Assembly (NCBI GenBank): GCA_964277835.1
Contig: CAXYKQ010000069.1
Location: forward strand, 1 to 48,113
Direction of reading: 5' to 3'
From: an uncultured Edaphocola sp.
GTDB lineage: Bacteria; Bacteroidota; Bacteroidia; Chitinophagales; Chitinophagaceae
DNA length: 48,113 nt
Shown here: positions 9,181 to 18,106 of the stretch, piece by piece
Position numbering within the stretch: the stretch's first letter is position 1
Layout of the letters: each line of letters starts with the position of its first letter
Translations under genes and position numbers: made by a program
Notes under the pieces: generated by a model
Database searches by the model: none
What the model was told of the DNA's origin: nothing
The model's input: the letters and a program-made list of their open reading frames with translations, nothing else

Positions 9181-10590
9181 TTAGTCGTTCATTACGGCAA
9201 GCGGCAGTTCAATACTTACCGTAGTGCCCTTATGCTCCTCTGCGGTTACCAGTATCTTTCCGGAATGCAATCGCACGATGTTGCGGGCTAAAGGAAGACC
9301 GATTCCGTAACCATCATAGTTTTTAGTATTGGAGGCGCGGAAGAAAGGATCATAAATATAACCTAGTTCCCGCTCCGGAATACCGATTCCCCGGTCATGG
9401 ATCACGATCACCACTTTGCGGTCAGACGAGCCTATAGATACGGTTACAACCTGGTTATCGGAATACTTGCAGGCATTACTGATGATATTGGTGAAGGCGA
9501 GGTGGAGCAATTGTTCATTGCCGATAACTTTAAGCCGGGTGGAATTCTCCGGCAGCAGGCTGGTGTCAAAACTTACTTTTCCTTCGGGGTTTAACTTCTC
9601 TATGGTATCGATGCAATCCCAGATCAGCTGATCGATCCGCATCCGCTCGAACTTCTGCGCTTTACCATTAAAGCCGGTCTGTGCGAGGAACAATAAGGCT
9701 TTTGTTTTGTTGTCCAGCTTCTCTGTTTCATGCAGTATGATCTGCAGCGTTTCAATATATTCTTCCGTAGTGCGCGGGCGCGAAAGCGTTACGTCTGTGG
9801 TCCCCATGATGCTGGTAAGCGGTGTCCTGAGTTCATGTGAAGCATTACTGATAAAATTGTTCTGCGTTTCAAAAGAAGTCTCGATACGGCTCAGCATGTC
9901 GTTAAAGGTTTTTACCAATTCTTTTATTTCCTGGCTGTAATGCGTATCGTCCAAGCGTAAGTGCAGGTTTTCTGAAGAGATCCTTTTGGCCATGTGCGTT
10001 ACCTCGCTAATGGGCTTAAAGATGGTCTTAGAGATGTAATAAGCGCTCAGAATACCTATGGCTACGGCTACCAGGATGGCGATGAAGGATATCCGTTGCA
10101 GGTGGGAGATCAGTTTCTGGTTAAAATGACTTTCGGCAGAAGCGATAACTATATAATCTTTCCCCTGGAAGCTGTATAAAATTCCTTTATATAAATAATG
10201 CCCCCTCTGGTAATTGGCCTCTTTAGACTGGCGGATAATAGTGAGAAAGCTAAGCGGTACGCCTAATGAATCCGCTATATGCTGTTCATTGCCGGTGTTC
10301 AATCTTGAAAGCTCCAGGATGTAGTCTCTTTCATGGATCAGTTTTTCTGCTACTTCTTCTATTACCGATTGGTAACCTGCTACAAAGCTTGTATCGTTAT
10401 AGGCGCCGTCGATATTGGCTTTAGCAATAACATTCGTGCGGATCTTCAGGGTTTTAAAAAAATCATCGTACACGAAGTTTCTCAGCGACAAATAAATGAA
10501 TACGCCAAATAATGACGTAATGGCTATGGTAGAGATGAATATGGTTAAAATCGCTTTTGTCTTGAGGTTCAATTTGGATAATAGCATCAT
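9181..10590 (-). CDS. Sensor histidine kinase (2 TM, HAMP, HisKA, HATPase)
   Basis: H-box ASHELRTPL, N-box NIISNACKYS, G1 DRGIGIP, F-box IYDPFFR, G2 GYGIGL. Confidence 0.95.
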   Translation of the reverse strand: MMLLSKLNLKTKAILTIFISTIAITSLFGVFIYLSLRNFVYDDFFKTLKIRTNVIAKANIDGAYNDTSFVAGYQSVIEEVAEKLIHERDYILELSRLNTGNEQHIADSLGVPLSFLTIIRQSKEANYQRGHYLYKGILYSFQGKDYIVIASAESHFNQKLISHLQRISFIAILVAVAIGILSAYYISKTIFKPISEVTHMAKRISSENLHLRLDDTHYSQEIKELVKTFNDMLSRIETSFETQNNFISNASHELRTPLTSIMGTTDVTLSRPRTTEEYIETLQIILHETEKLDNKTKALLFLAQTGFNGKAQKFERMRIDQLIWDCIDTIEKLNPEGKVSFDTSLLPENSTRLKVIGNEQLLHLAFTNIISNACKYSDNQVVTVSIGSSDRKVVIVIHDRGIGIPERELGYIYDPFFRASNTKNYDGYGIGLPLARNIVRLHSGKILVTAEEHKGTTVSIELPLAVMND

Positions 10591-10599
10591 ATACGGCGT

Positions 10600-11316
10600 T
10601 TATAAGTGCGGTTCGACTTTCAATACATAACCCATGCCAATAATGGTATGAATTAATTTTTGTTCACCCAACGGTTCTATTTTTTTTCTCAGGTAATTGA
10701 CATAGACGTCCACTACATTCGTTGACATGGAGAAGTCGATGCCCCAAACACTTTCAAGAATTTCCATCCGTGAAAGTACCCGGTTTTTATTTTTTAAAAA
10801 ATGGAGCAATAGCCGGAACTCTGTACTGGTAAGTTGTATCTCTTTATTATTCCGGGTGACTACTTTCTTATAATCATCCAGCTTCAGGTTATCTATACGA
10901 AAGACGTGCCCGTCCTGCTCTGTTTCTTTATGCTCAGTAAGGGGATTAGTTTTGTCGGCTCTCCGTATGAGCGTCCTGATGCGTGCGACCAGCTCGATAA
11001 ACTTAAAAGGCTTTACCAGGTAGTCGTCACCGCCGCATTCCAGCCCCTGGACAATATTTTCCGAGGTACCTAAGGCCGACAGGAACAATACCGGCACCAG
11101 CTGATCTTTTTTCCTTATCGCTTTACAAACTTCTATGCCATTGGCCCCGGGCAACATAATATCCAGGATGATGAGGTCAAATTTACTTTGTTCAAACATC
11201 CTGATTCCTGCAAGTCCGTCCATAGCCACGCTTACCTCGTAACCTTCTTCCATCAGTCCTTTATTGATAAAGGATACAACATGGGCTTCGTCTTCAACCA
11301 ACAATATTTTCTTCAT
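10600..11316 (-). CDS. OmpR-family response regulator
   Basis: LLVEDE, LDIMLP, DDYLVKPF; winged helix NVVDVYVNYLRKK...GMGY. Confidence 0.95.
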   Translation of the reverse strand: MKKILLVEDEAHVVSFINKGLMEEGYEVSVAMDGLAGIRMFEQSKFDLIILDIMLPGANGIEVCKAIRKKDQLVPVLFLSALGTSENIVQGLECGGDDYLVKPFKFIELVARIRTLIRRADKTNPLTEHKETEQDGHVFRIDNLKLDDYKKVVTRNNKEIQLTSTEFRLLLHFLKNKNRVLSRMEILESVWGIDFSMSTNVVDVYVNYLRKKIEPLGEQKLIHTIIGMGYVLKVEPHL

Positions 11317-11375
11317 GACTTAAATTATTTCTGATAACCCGGGAGGTTCTATGCTTTAAATATAAAAAGAAAATT

Positions 11376-12155
11376 TTAAAACCGCTCTTCGGCACCCATG
11401 CCAAACAGGGCATAATCATATTTTACAGGGTCTTCTGCATCCAGTAAGCGAAGGTGTTGCGTCAATTCCACCGCGGCTTTCCAGTCATTTTGTGTTCTTT
11501 CCAGTAAATCCAGCTTGCGGGCCACGTCGCTTACATGCGTGTCCAGCGGACAGATCAGGTCTGCAGGGCTCAAACCGTTCCAAAGGCCAAAGTCGACGGC
11601 ACTGTTTTTCCTAACCATCCATCTCAAAAACATATTCAGGCGTTTACAGGCTGATTTTTTAGCCGGCGTGGCGATGTGTTTCCGCGTCCGGTCGGGCGCG
11701 TCGGCCAGCGAGAAAAAATAGTTGTGGAAATGAATCAGGGACCGTTCCGCGTCCGGCGTACTTCCTTCGGTAAGGAAAGCGGTTTCCAGGCTGTCGTGCC
11801 GGGTATAATGGTGCTTAAAAAATGCAATACAATATAAAAGGTCTGTAGCATTGAACGTGCGGTGCACGAAGTGTATAAAAGGCTTCAGGTCGCGGGCTTC
11901 GTGGCGGCATATAAATTCATGCGGGGCTTCGTCCATTAATGCCATAATACGATTTGTATTACGGATGATCATGGTGCGGTTACCCCATGCTAAAATTGCT
12001 GCAAAAAATGCAGCAATTTCTATATCTTGTTTTTTTGAAAACCTGTGGGGAACGGATATAGGATCTTTGGTGATGAAATCTGCCTGGTGATAATGAGCAA
12101 ATTTATCGTCCAATATGCGTCTTAGCCCTTCTAATTTTCGAGGATCAATTACCAA
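11376..12155 (-). CDS. TIGR02757/DUF2400 family protein
   Basis: DPISVPH, SACKRLNMFLRWMVR, DFGLW, PLDTHV and DPVKYDYALFG motifs. Start overlaps the cyclophilin stop. Confidence 0.9.
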   Translation of the reverse strand: MVIDPRKLEGLRRILDDKFAHYHQADFITKDPISVPHRFSKKQDIEIAAFFAAILAWGNRTMIIRNTNRIMALMDEAPHEFICRHEARDLKPFIHFVHRTFNATDLLYCIAFFKHHYTRHDSLETAFLTEGSTPDAERSLIHFHNYFFSLADAPDRTRKHIATPAKKSACKRLNMFLRWMVRKNSAVDFGLWNGLSPADLICPLDTHVSDVARKLDLLERTQNDWKAAVELTQHLRLLDAEDPVKYDYALFGMGAEERF

Positions 12156-12811
12156 AATCTTCCTAAGAATTTCTTTTTAACTTTTACAGAAATAATGTGT
12201 TGATCTTCCGTCGGACGGTCCCTGCTGTCTTTTTTTACAGCAGCTATTTTATCAACAACCTCCATACCTTTGGTCACTTCGCCAAAAACGGTGTACTGTC
12301 CGTCCAGGAAAGGCGTGCCTCCTTCTGTTTCATAAACGCGCTTATGTGCTTCTGCCATTGATTTTTCGTTTTGCTGTTCCATTTTCTTTAGTTGATCAGC
12401 AGTATAGGTTCTACCTTGTACAATGTAGAACTGGCAACCGGAACTTGCTTTTTCAGGATTACCATCCCGCGCTGCAGCCAGTGCGCCTCTTTTGTGGTAA
12501 TATTCGTACCTTAATTCAGCGGGTATTTTCTTGCCCGTATCTCCGTTGCCCAGCGCTGTTCCCGGCTTGGCATTCCTGGAATCGGGGTCGCCGCCCTGTA
12601 TCATAAATTGCTGGATCACACGATGGAAAAGCAGGCCATCATAAAATTTCTTTTTAGCCAGCTTTACAAAATTTGCCTGGTGTAATGGTGTCTTATCGTA
12701 AAGGATCGCTTCAATCGTCCCCTGATCTGTTTTCATGATCACTTTATATTTCTGGGAGAAGCCGGCATAGCTAAGGCTCAGCAGTGCTCCCATCAATACT
12801 ATTTTTTTCAT
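12149..12811 (-). CDS. Cyclophilin-type peptidyl-prolyl isomerase, secreted
   Basis: FHRVIQQFMIQGGDP, SSGCQFYIV, LDGQYTVFGEV; signal peptide. Confidence 0.95.
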   Translation of the reverse strand: MKKIVLMGALLSLSYAGFSQKYKVIMKTDQGTIEAILYDKTPLHQANFVKLAKKKFYDGLLFHRVIQQFMIQGGDPDSRNAKPGTALGNGDTGKKIPAELRYEYYHKRGALAAARDGNPEKASSGCQFYIVQGRTYTADQLKKMEQQNEKSMAEAHKRVYETEGGTPFLDGQYTVFGEVTKGMEVVDKIAAVKKDSRDRPTEDQHIISVKVKKKFLGRFW

Positions 12812-12832
12812 TTTATTTTTATTTTGTTATAG

Positions 12833-12840
12833 CAAATATA
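12833..12840 (-). promoter_or_regulatory. Bacteroidota -7 promoter element for the cyclophilin operon
   Basis: TATATTTG on the minus strand, about 20 nt upstream of the ATG. Confidence 0.6.
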
Positions 12841-12940
12841 CTGAGAATAGCCGTAGGCAAAAAATGTGCCCGCTGATCTTTCCTATCTCATTACAGCCAG
12901 GGTCAATGTTAAGGCTGATTATATATACCTGTAAACAGAA

Positions 12941-12963
12941 AGACAAGGCATCACGCCTTGTCT
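12941..12963 (-). terminator. Hairpin after the 1222-aa T9SS cargo gene
   Basis: AGACAAGGC / GCCTTGTCT 9-bp stem. Confidence 0.5.
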
Positions 12964-12995
12964 CCTGTATTATTTATCGATTATAGTTGATCCCG

Positions 12996-15900
12996 TTATT
13001 TAATCAGCGTGACGTCCCCTTTATAGGTTTTGATCTCACCGTTAGGTAACTGAACCGTGATCACATAATTGTAGACACTCTGATCACATGGTTTACCATT
13101 ATCGATATCGGTACCATTCCATCCTTTCAACGGATCGTTGGTATGGAAGACTCTTTTACCCCAGCGGTTATAAATTTCAAAACGATGCAATTTCTGGAAC
13201 TTACCGTTCGGGATCAGGAATACGTCGTTTTTACCATCTCCATTCGGGCTAAAGGCATTGGGTATAACCGGGTCGTAAGGATACCTCACATCCAATGTTA
13301 TAGGCACCGTATCTCTACAACCGTATTGGTCTACGCCGGTTACATAGTAGGTGCCGGGAGCCTCTACAGGCATTGTGGTGGCATACTGCAAAGTAGGGTC
13401 GTAGAATTCCTGTACGGGTAGCCAGGTATAAATTACTGCTCCCTGAGCCGACATTTTTACCTCGTCCTGGTAATCTACCGTAGTGCCTGATTGTGGCTGT
13501 ACATTGCTTAACTGGAATGGCGGCCTTACATTAATAGTCAGGTTATGCGTGGTCGAACATTTGGCAATAGGAGTAGTCGCTGTGATCGCGTAATTATAAG
13601 TGCCGGTAGGCATTTTAAAATAGTTGGTTTGCAGGTTTGCTCCCCTCAATCCCGTGGCCGGGCTCCAGTTAAACAGGTAGTTCACAGAATCCGGGCTGGC
13701 GATTACCGGAATTGCAATCGAGTCGGTACCACTGATACATACCGTAGTGTCGGAAGGCATGTGGATGATAGGATATTGCTCTACATAAGCGTGAAATACT
13801 TTGCTTACCGGCGGACAAGTTGCCGGCGCACCCGGCTGCGTTGCGGTAATGATGTAATCGCGCGTTGTCAGTAAGGTTGGCGTAATCACCAGGCTGTTAT
13901 TATTAAATTCTGCAGGAGACCAGTGGAAATCCAGGCCCGGGTCTACATCACCTGTGATCGTGATCTGGGTGCCGGGACAATAGGCAGGCAGTGGCGTACT
14001 GATGCTTGCACGGATAGAGTCCAGGATAAATACCGTATCCCTGCGAATAACGTCCGTCAGAGCGCCGTCACAACCACATGGGTTCAGCGATTCAATCACC
14101 ACCATTTTCGGCCCGGTTGGCATATTGGGTACCAGCAAAGGTTTTATCTCCAACGATTTGCGTCTTTCGTAAGGAGCGAAGTATAAGCTGTCGTAAACGT
14201 ATTGGTAATCTACACCGTTAGTAGCAATAGTACCGCTTGGCGGCAATATATTGAAGCGCAACACCATCGGGATGGTTGTGTCACCATTACGCGTGTAGTT
14301 GATAAATGCTGACTTACAACCCCTTACCGCGTGCGGGATTGATCCGTAACCCGCATAGCCGGATTCGGCTTCGGCATCTAAACCTACAACCATAAAGTCA
14401 AACTTGAAAGTAACTACATCATTGGTGGTTCCGTTTAATTTATTCGGAGCATATACATTAGCCGGATAGGTGTTCCAGCCACCGTTAGATCCTACATAGC
14501 ATACCGATTGATAGATCATACCCTTAGGGTCGATCCGGGATACGCTCGGATGGAAGTGATCCTGGTTGTTGGCAGACCCATAGTAGCTACCAAAGGCCAG
14601 CCCGGTGAAATTGGGTTCGAATGCGGCAAAATAAAATGGTTTAGGAGCCGTGGTGAACGCGTCCGGGGTTACCGGCATGCCGGGCTGGGTGGTATTGTTG
14701 ACCTGCGTTGTGATCAGTATGTTACCACATATATCCACCATCATAGCACAGGGTACGATAGAGGCATCTGATGCTCCCGTTCTTGTGGAGGCTACAGAAC
14801 CGGATAGCGTTGCGTTCAGCTTGTCGATGAACACATAACCGTTAGGCACTAATCCCTCAGCAGCCGTATTCGTCACCGGGTAACTTCCCTGCGTTCTTCC
14901 TGCCACGAACATATTATCGCCGCAGTCAAAGGCCAACCTTGTTGCGAAATCGGTAGCGGAGGTGCCTAAGTAGGTGGCGCCCATTAACTGGTAAGAGGCG
15001 TTGTTGAGTAATACAGCAAAGCCATCGATCCCACCCTGGTTCGTAGTGTGGTAAGCGCCCGGAGTTGTGGGGAAGTTGGTACTGTTCGTGTAGCCTACAA
15101 CGCCCACGGTATTGTTGTTTTGGTTGTATTCTATACCGATGCCGCCATCCCAGGTGGTTCCGCCGAGGTAGGTACTGTAGATAATAGAAGTAAGGTTAGG
15201 GTTTACTTTAACCACTACCGCATCATGGCTGCCGGCATTAGTAGACTGGATTGCATTTGCTGTAACCGGGAAATTGGTAGACCCGGAATTTGAGGTAAGC
15301 CATACATTGCCCACGTTGTCAAAAGCAATATCTGTCGGGTTCACCGGGTTGTTCTGATCTGCATTGCCTGCATATACCGTAGTATTCCCTCTGAGCGAAC
15401 CTTCCAGGCCTGAGCCGCCAAGATAAGTTGAGGCCAGGAGGGTGGAACCGTTTTCAGAAAGGCGCATGATATACAAGTCACTGGAGCCGCTGAGCGTTGT
15501 TTGGATGGCATTAGTAGTGACCGGCATCGTTGTTGTCGATACCGTACCTGCCATGTAAAGAGTGTTGGTCGCATCTACACGCATAGAGGTCGGCATCGGG
15601 TTGCCGGAAGTCGTCGTTCCGCCGAAGAAAGTAGAGAACAACAACTGGCTGCCATCAGCACTGTATTTATTGATGCCGGTGATGTAAGACACAAAAGAGG
15701 TCTGGTAGGCGCCTGTGGTTACCGGCCAGCCCGGGTTTGAGTAAGAGGAAGAAGAAGCGTAAGTATTGCCGAAATTATCGTAAGTGGTGGCATGGGCATA
15801 TTGAACCCCACCGGTGGATCCACTGTAAGTATTGAAAATAAGATCCGGGTCGATTACTAAGGTTTGCGCATGATCATATCCTTCCGGGAAGCTGAAGCTG

Positions 15901-16664
15901 AGCACACCTTTGTTTAACGTATACTTACCTTTCACCTCAATACGTTTACCATCAATTACCTGGTAGCAAACAGGCGCTTTTTCGATTACCTCGTTAACCG
16001 AAGTTTTAATTTTTAAATCCCCTTCCGCGGTTAAGACCGGGCTTACTCCTTCAAAAGAAAGCTTGATCTGGGCCGCGTTAGCGTTTGGCGCAACGATGAA
16101 ATCATATTTAATCGAATTTCCCCCGGCATTACTGTAAACTGCCAGGTCAATCCCGTTATAAACCCCAGTCTGAGTGATTTTGCCGTACAAGCCTACATTA
16201 CCGGCCCATTTTGAGGCATCATTGCCCAGGAAGTAGTTATAGTAAGTATTTCTTTTTTGATCAGTAGTAAAACCGGAATGCGTATTCGCACCCACAAAAT
16301 TGACTTTATAGGCATGCATGTTGATCATCTCCTTACTTAGGTCAGGGCTTGTTGCAGCCTTAGACCCGCAGGTAAGTTGGTGCATTCTTTCTATGTCTTT
16401 TTGACTCTGGTAGTTGTAGACAAAACCCTTTTCTGTCAGGAATAAAGCGCCCCCCGGAATTTCGGCCTTGTACTTTGCATCAGGAATCCATTGGCCCTTG
16501 TTCTCGATAAAACTGATTGCAGATGGCGTTGGAGCGGTAGTGTGTTGGTGATCATGATCGTGTGACCAGGCCACGTTAAAAGGAGCTACCGCCATTGTCG
16601 CGACAATAATGGTTGCGGAGAGCTTTCTTTTGAAATTTGTTAATGAACATAGTGATATTTTCAT
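12996..16664 (-). CDS. T9SS cargo with SBBP-type beta-propeller and type B (gliding-motility-associated) CTD
   Basis: FIENKGQW N-terminal domain, LVIDP, repeated STYLGG and TSxNFPxT motifs; C-terminal IPNAFSPNGDGKNDVF...IYNRWG...GWNG...KGDVTLIK. Confidence 0.9.
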   Translation of the reverse strand: MKISLCSLTNFKRKLSATIIVATMAVAPFNVAWSHDHDHQHTTAPTPSAISFIENKGQWIPDAKYKAEIPGGALFLTEKGFVYNYQSQKDIERMHQLTCGSKAATSPDLSKEMINMHAYKVNFVGANTHSGFTTDQKRNTYYNYFLGNDASKWAGNVGLYGKITQTGVYNGIDLAVYSNAGGNSIKYDFIVAPNANAAQIKLSFEGVSPVLTAEGDLKIKTSVNEVIEKAPVCYQVIDGKRIEVKGKYTLNKGVLSFSFPEGYDHAQTLVIDPDLIFNTYSGSTGGVQYAHATTYDNFGNTYASSSSYSNPGWPVTTGAYQTSFVSYITGINKYSADGSQLLFSTFFGGTTTSGNPMPTSMRVDATNTLYMAGTVSTTTMPVTTNAIQTTLSGSSDLYIMRLSENGSTLLASTYLGGSGLEGSLRGNTTVYAGNADQNNPVNPTDIAFDNVGNVWLTSNSGSTNFPVTANAIQSTNAGSHDAVVVKVNPNLTSIIYSTYLGGTTWDGGIGIEYNQNNNTVGVVGYTNSTNFPTTPGAYHTTNQGGIDGFAVLLNNASYQLMGATYLGTSATDFATRLAFDCGDNMFVAGRTQGSYPVTNTAAEGLVPNGYVFIDKLNATLSGSVASTRTGASDASIVPCAMMVDICGNILITTQVNNTTQPGMPVTPDAFTTAPKPFYFAAFEPNFTGLAFGSYYGSANNQDHFHPSVSRIDPKGMIYQSVCYVGSNGGWNTYPANVYAPNKLNGTTNDVVTFKFDFMVVGLDAEAESGYAGYGSIPHAVRGCKSAFINYTRNGDTTIPMVLRFNILPPSGTIATNGVDYQYVYDSLYFAPYERRKSLEIKPLLVPNMPTGPKMVVIESLNPCGCDGALTDVIRRDTVFILDSIRASISTPLPAYCPGTQITITGDVDPGLDFHWSPAEFNNNSLVITPTLLTTRDYIITATQPGAPATCPPVSKVFHAYVEQYPIIHMPSDTTVCISGTDSIAIPVIASPDSVNYLFNWSPATGLRGANLQTNYFKMPTGTYNYAITATTPIAKCSTTHNLTINVRPPFQLSNVQPQSGTTVDYQDEVKMSAQGAVIYTWLPVQEFYDPTLQYATTMPVEAPGTYYVTGVDQYGCRDTVPITLDVRYPYDPVIPNAFSPNGDGKNDVFLIPNGKFQKLHRFEIYNRWGKRVFHTNDPLKGWNGTDIDNGKPCDQSVYNYVITVQLPNGEIKTYKGDVTLIK

Positions 16665-16708
16665 TGCAGAGATAAATTTTCTTTATACTATCTTTTTCTT
16701 AATTATGT

Positions 16709-16735
16709 AGACACCTGGCCTGATGAGAAAGTTGG
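16709..16735 (-). promoter_or_regulatory. Candidate ECF-sigma promoter
   Basis: CCAAC-N17-TGTCT on the minus strand, about 45 nt upstream of the ATG at 16664. Confidence 0.35.
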
Positions 16736-16988
16736 AATTTTTATTAATAAATTTATAAATTTTTTCTATCTAAAGCCACTTTTACTCATCTTAAACCTCT
16801 TATAAAGTTGAAAAATAGTTAAATTTTTCTGATTATCCTGCCTTAATCGAGAATTTTATGCTTTTAAAATTGATTTTTGTTGATACTTATCATGTTTACC
16901 ACTAATTATCTTAGATGCCTTTTCCTGTTTCAATGAGCGCAACCCGGTTAAATGATATGCGGAAGCAGTTCAGGAAGCGTAGCAAAAC

Positions 16989-17020
16989 CGCATTTGCCGG
17001 TAAAAATATCGGCAAATGCG
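16989..17020 (-). terminator. Hairpin, possible terminator of the MBL hydrolase gene
   Basis: Perfect 11-bp stem CGCATTTGCCG / CGGCAAATGCG, followed by GTTTT on the minus strand. Confidence 0.5.
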
Positions 17021-17176
17021 CCACCTCCGTTCGTCAGGGTGATGAATAGACCCGGTGCGATTCGGGCATCTTTTATTGATTACTGCTCGTGTCGCCCTCC
17101 AGGTCGCACCTGGTCATCTTTTAAGACCGGTTCCGTCTGTATCGAAAAGGATGTATCTGATATATGAATGTAATTC

Positions 17177-18022
17177 CTACAAACCGGAAAGTGACAGCGT
17201 CTCCAGCGCCCTGATACCTCTCTCACTTTGTTGAAGGCTGCATAACTCATTTACCGGGTCATGTTCAAAATAAAGCAACCAGTTTTCTGCTATTGCTTCT
17301 GTCAGTAAGGATTTTTTTTCTTTTAGCGTTTCCAGGGGGCGCGTATCATAAGCCATGACCCAGGGCAGCGGTAAGTGATGCATACTGGGCAGAAGGTCCG
17401 CGCAGTATAATATCTGACTTCCTTTATAACTCAGTAAAGGCAACATCATAGATTCAGTATGGCCATGAACATACCTTACCTTAAATCCGGGCAGGAATTC
17501 AGCCCCGTCTTCCCCCTCGAAAAAATGCAGCTGCCCGCTTTCCTGTATCGGTAAAATATTCTCTTTCAGGAAAGAAGCTTTCTCCCGCTCATTAGGATGA
17601 ACGGCCCAATCCCAATGTTGGGCATTCGACCAATAACGGGCATTTTTGAAGGCCGGCGCCAGGCGGTCTCCATTTCTGATCACCGCGCCCCCGACATGGT
17701 CAAAATGTAAATGTGTCAGGAATACATCAGTTATCTCATCAGGGCTGTACCCCGCTTTATGGATAGAGTGGGTCAGGCTGTCTTCGCCATGCAGATGATA
17801 GTGACCAAAAAATTTAGCGTCCTGCTTATTACCGATACCGGTATCAATTAAGATCAGGCGGTCGTTTGTGGCAACCAGCAGGCAACGCATAGCCCACGAG
17901 CACAGGTTGTTTTCGTCTGCCGGGTTGAGCTTGTTCCAAAGACTTTTAGGCACTACGCCGTGCATGGCGCCCCCGTCCAGTTTGAACAAGCCGGTGTTGA
18001 TCGTATGTAAATGCATAATCAT
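17177..18022 (-). CDS. MBL-fold metallo-hydrolase (YtnP-like)
   Basis: FKLDGGAMHGVVPK, IDTGIG, THLHFDHVGG, GHT, ADL, MAYD and FEHDP motifs. Confidence 0.88.
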   Translation of the reverse strand: MIMHLHTINTGLFKLDGGAMHGVVPKSLWNKLNPADENNLCSWAMRCLLVATNDRLILIDTGIGNKQDAKFFGHYHLHGEDSLTHSIHKAGYSPDEITDVFLTHLHFDHVGGAVIRNGDRLAPAFKNARYWSNAQHWDWAVHPNEREKASFLKENILPIQESGQLHFFEGEDGAEFLPGFKVRYVHGHTESMMLPLLSYKGSQILYCADLLPSMHHLPLPWVMAYDTRPLETLKEKKSLLTEAIAENWLLYFEHDPVNELCSLQQSERGIRALETLSLSGL

Positions 18023-18053
18023 TGATTATTGAGATAGTATTTGTAAAGAAAAA

Positions 18054-18092
18054 AAGATGTACCCCCGGCTGCCTATGCCTTGGGTACATCTT
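18054..18092 (-). terminator. Intrinsic terminator after the S9 peptidase gene
   Basis: AAGATGTACCC / GGGTACATCTT stem with a minus-strand T-run. Confidence 0.65.
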
Positions 18093-18106
18093 AAAAGGTG
18101 CTTATA

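Noticed and set aside
16952-17167. 71-aa intergenic ORF
   Set aside because: No motifs, overlaps strong hairpins and has atypical composition; treated as non-coding.
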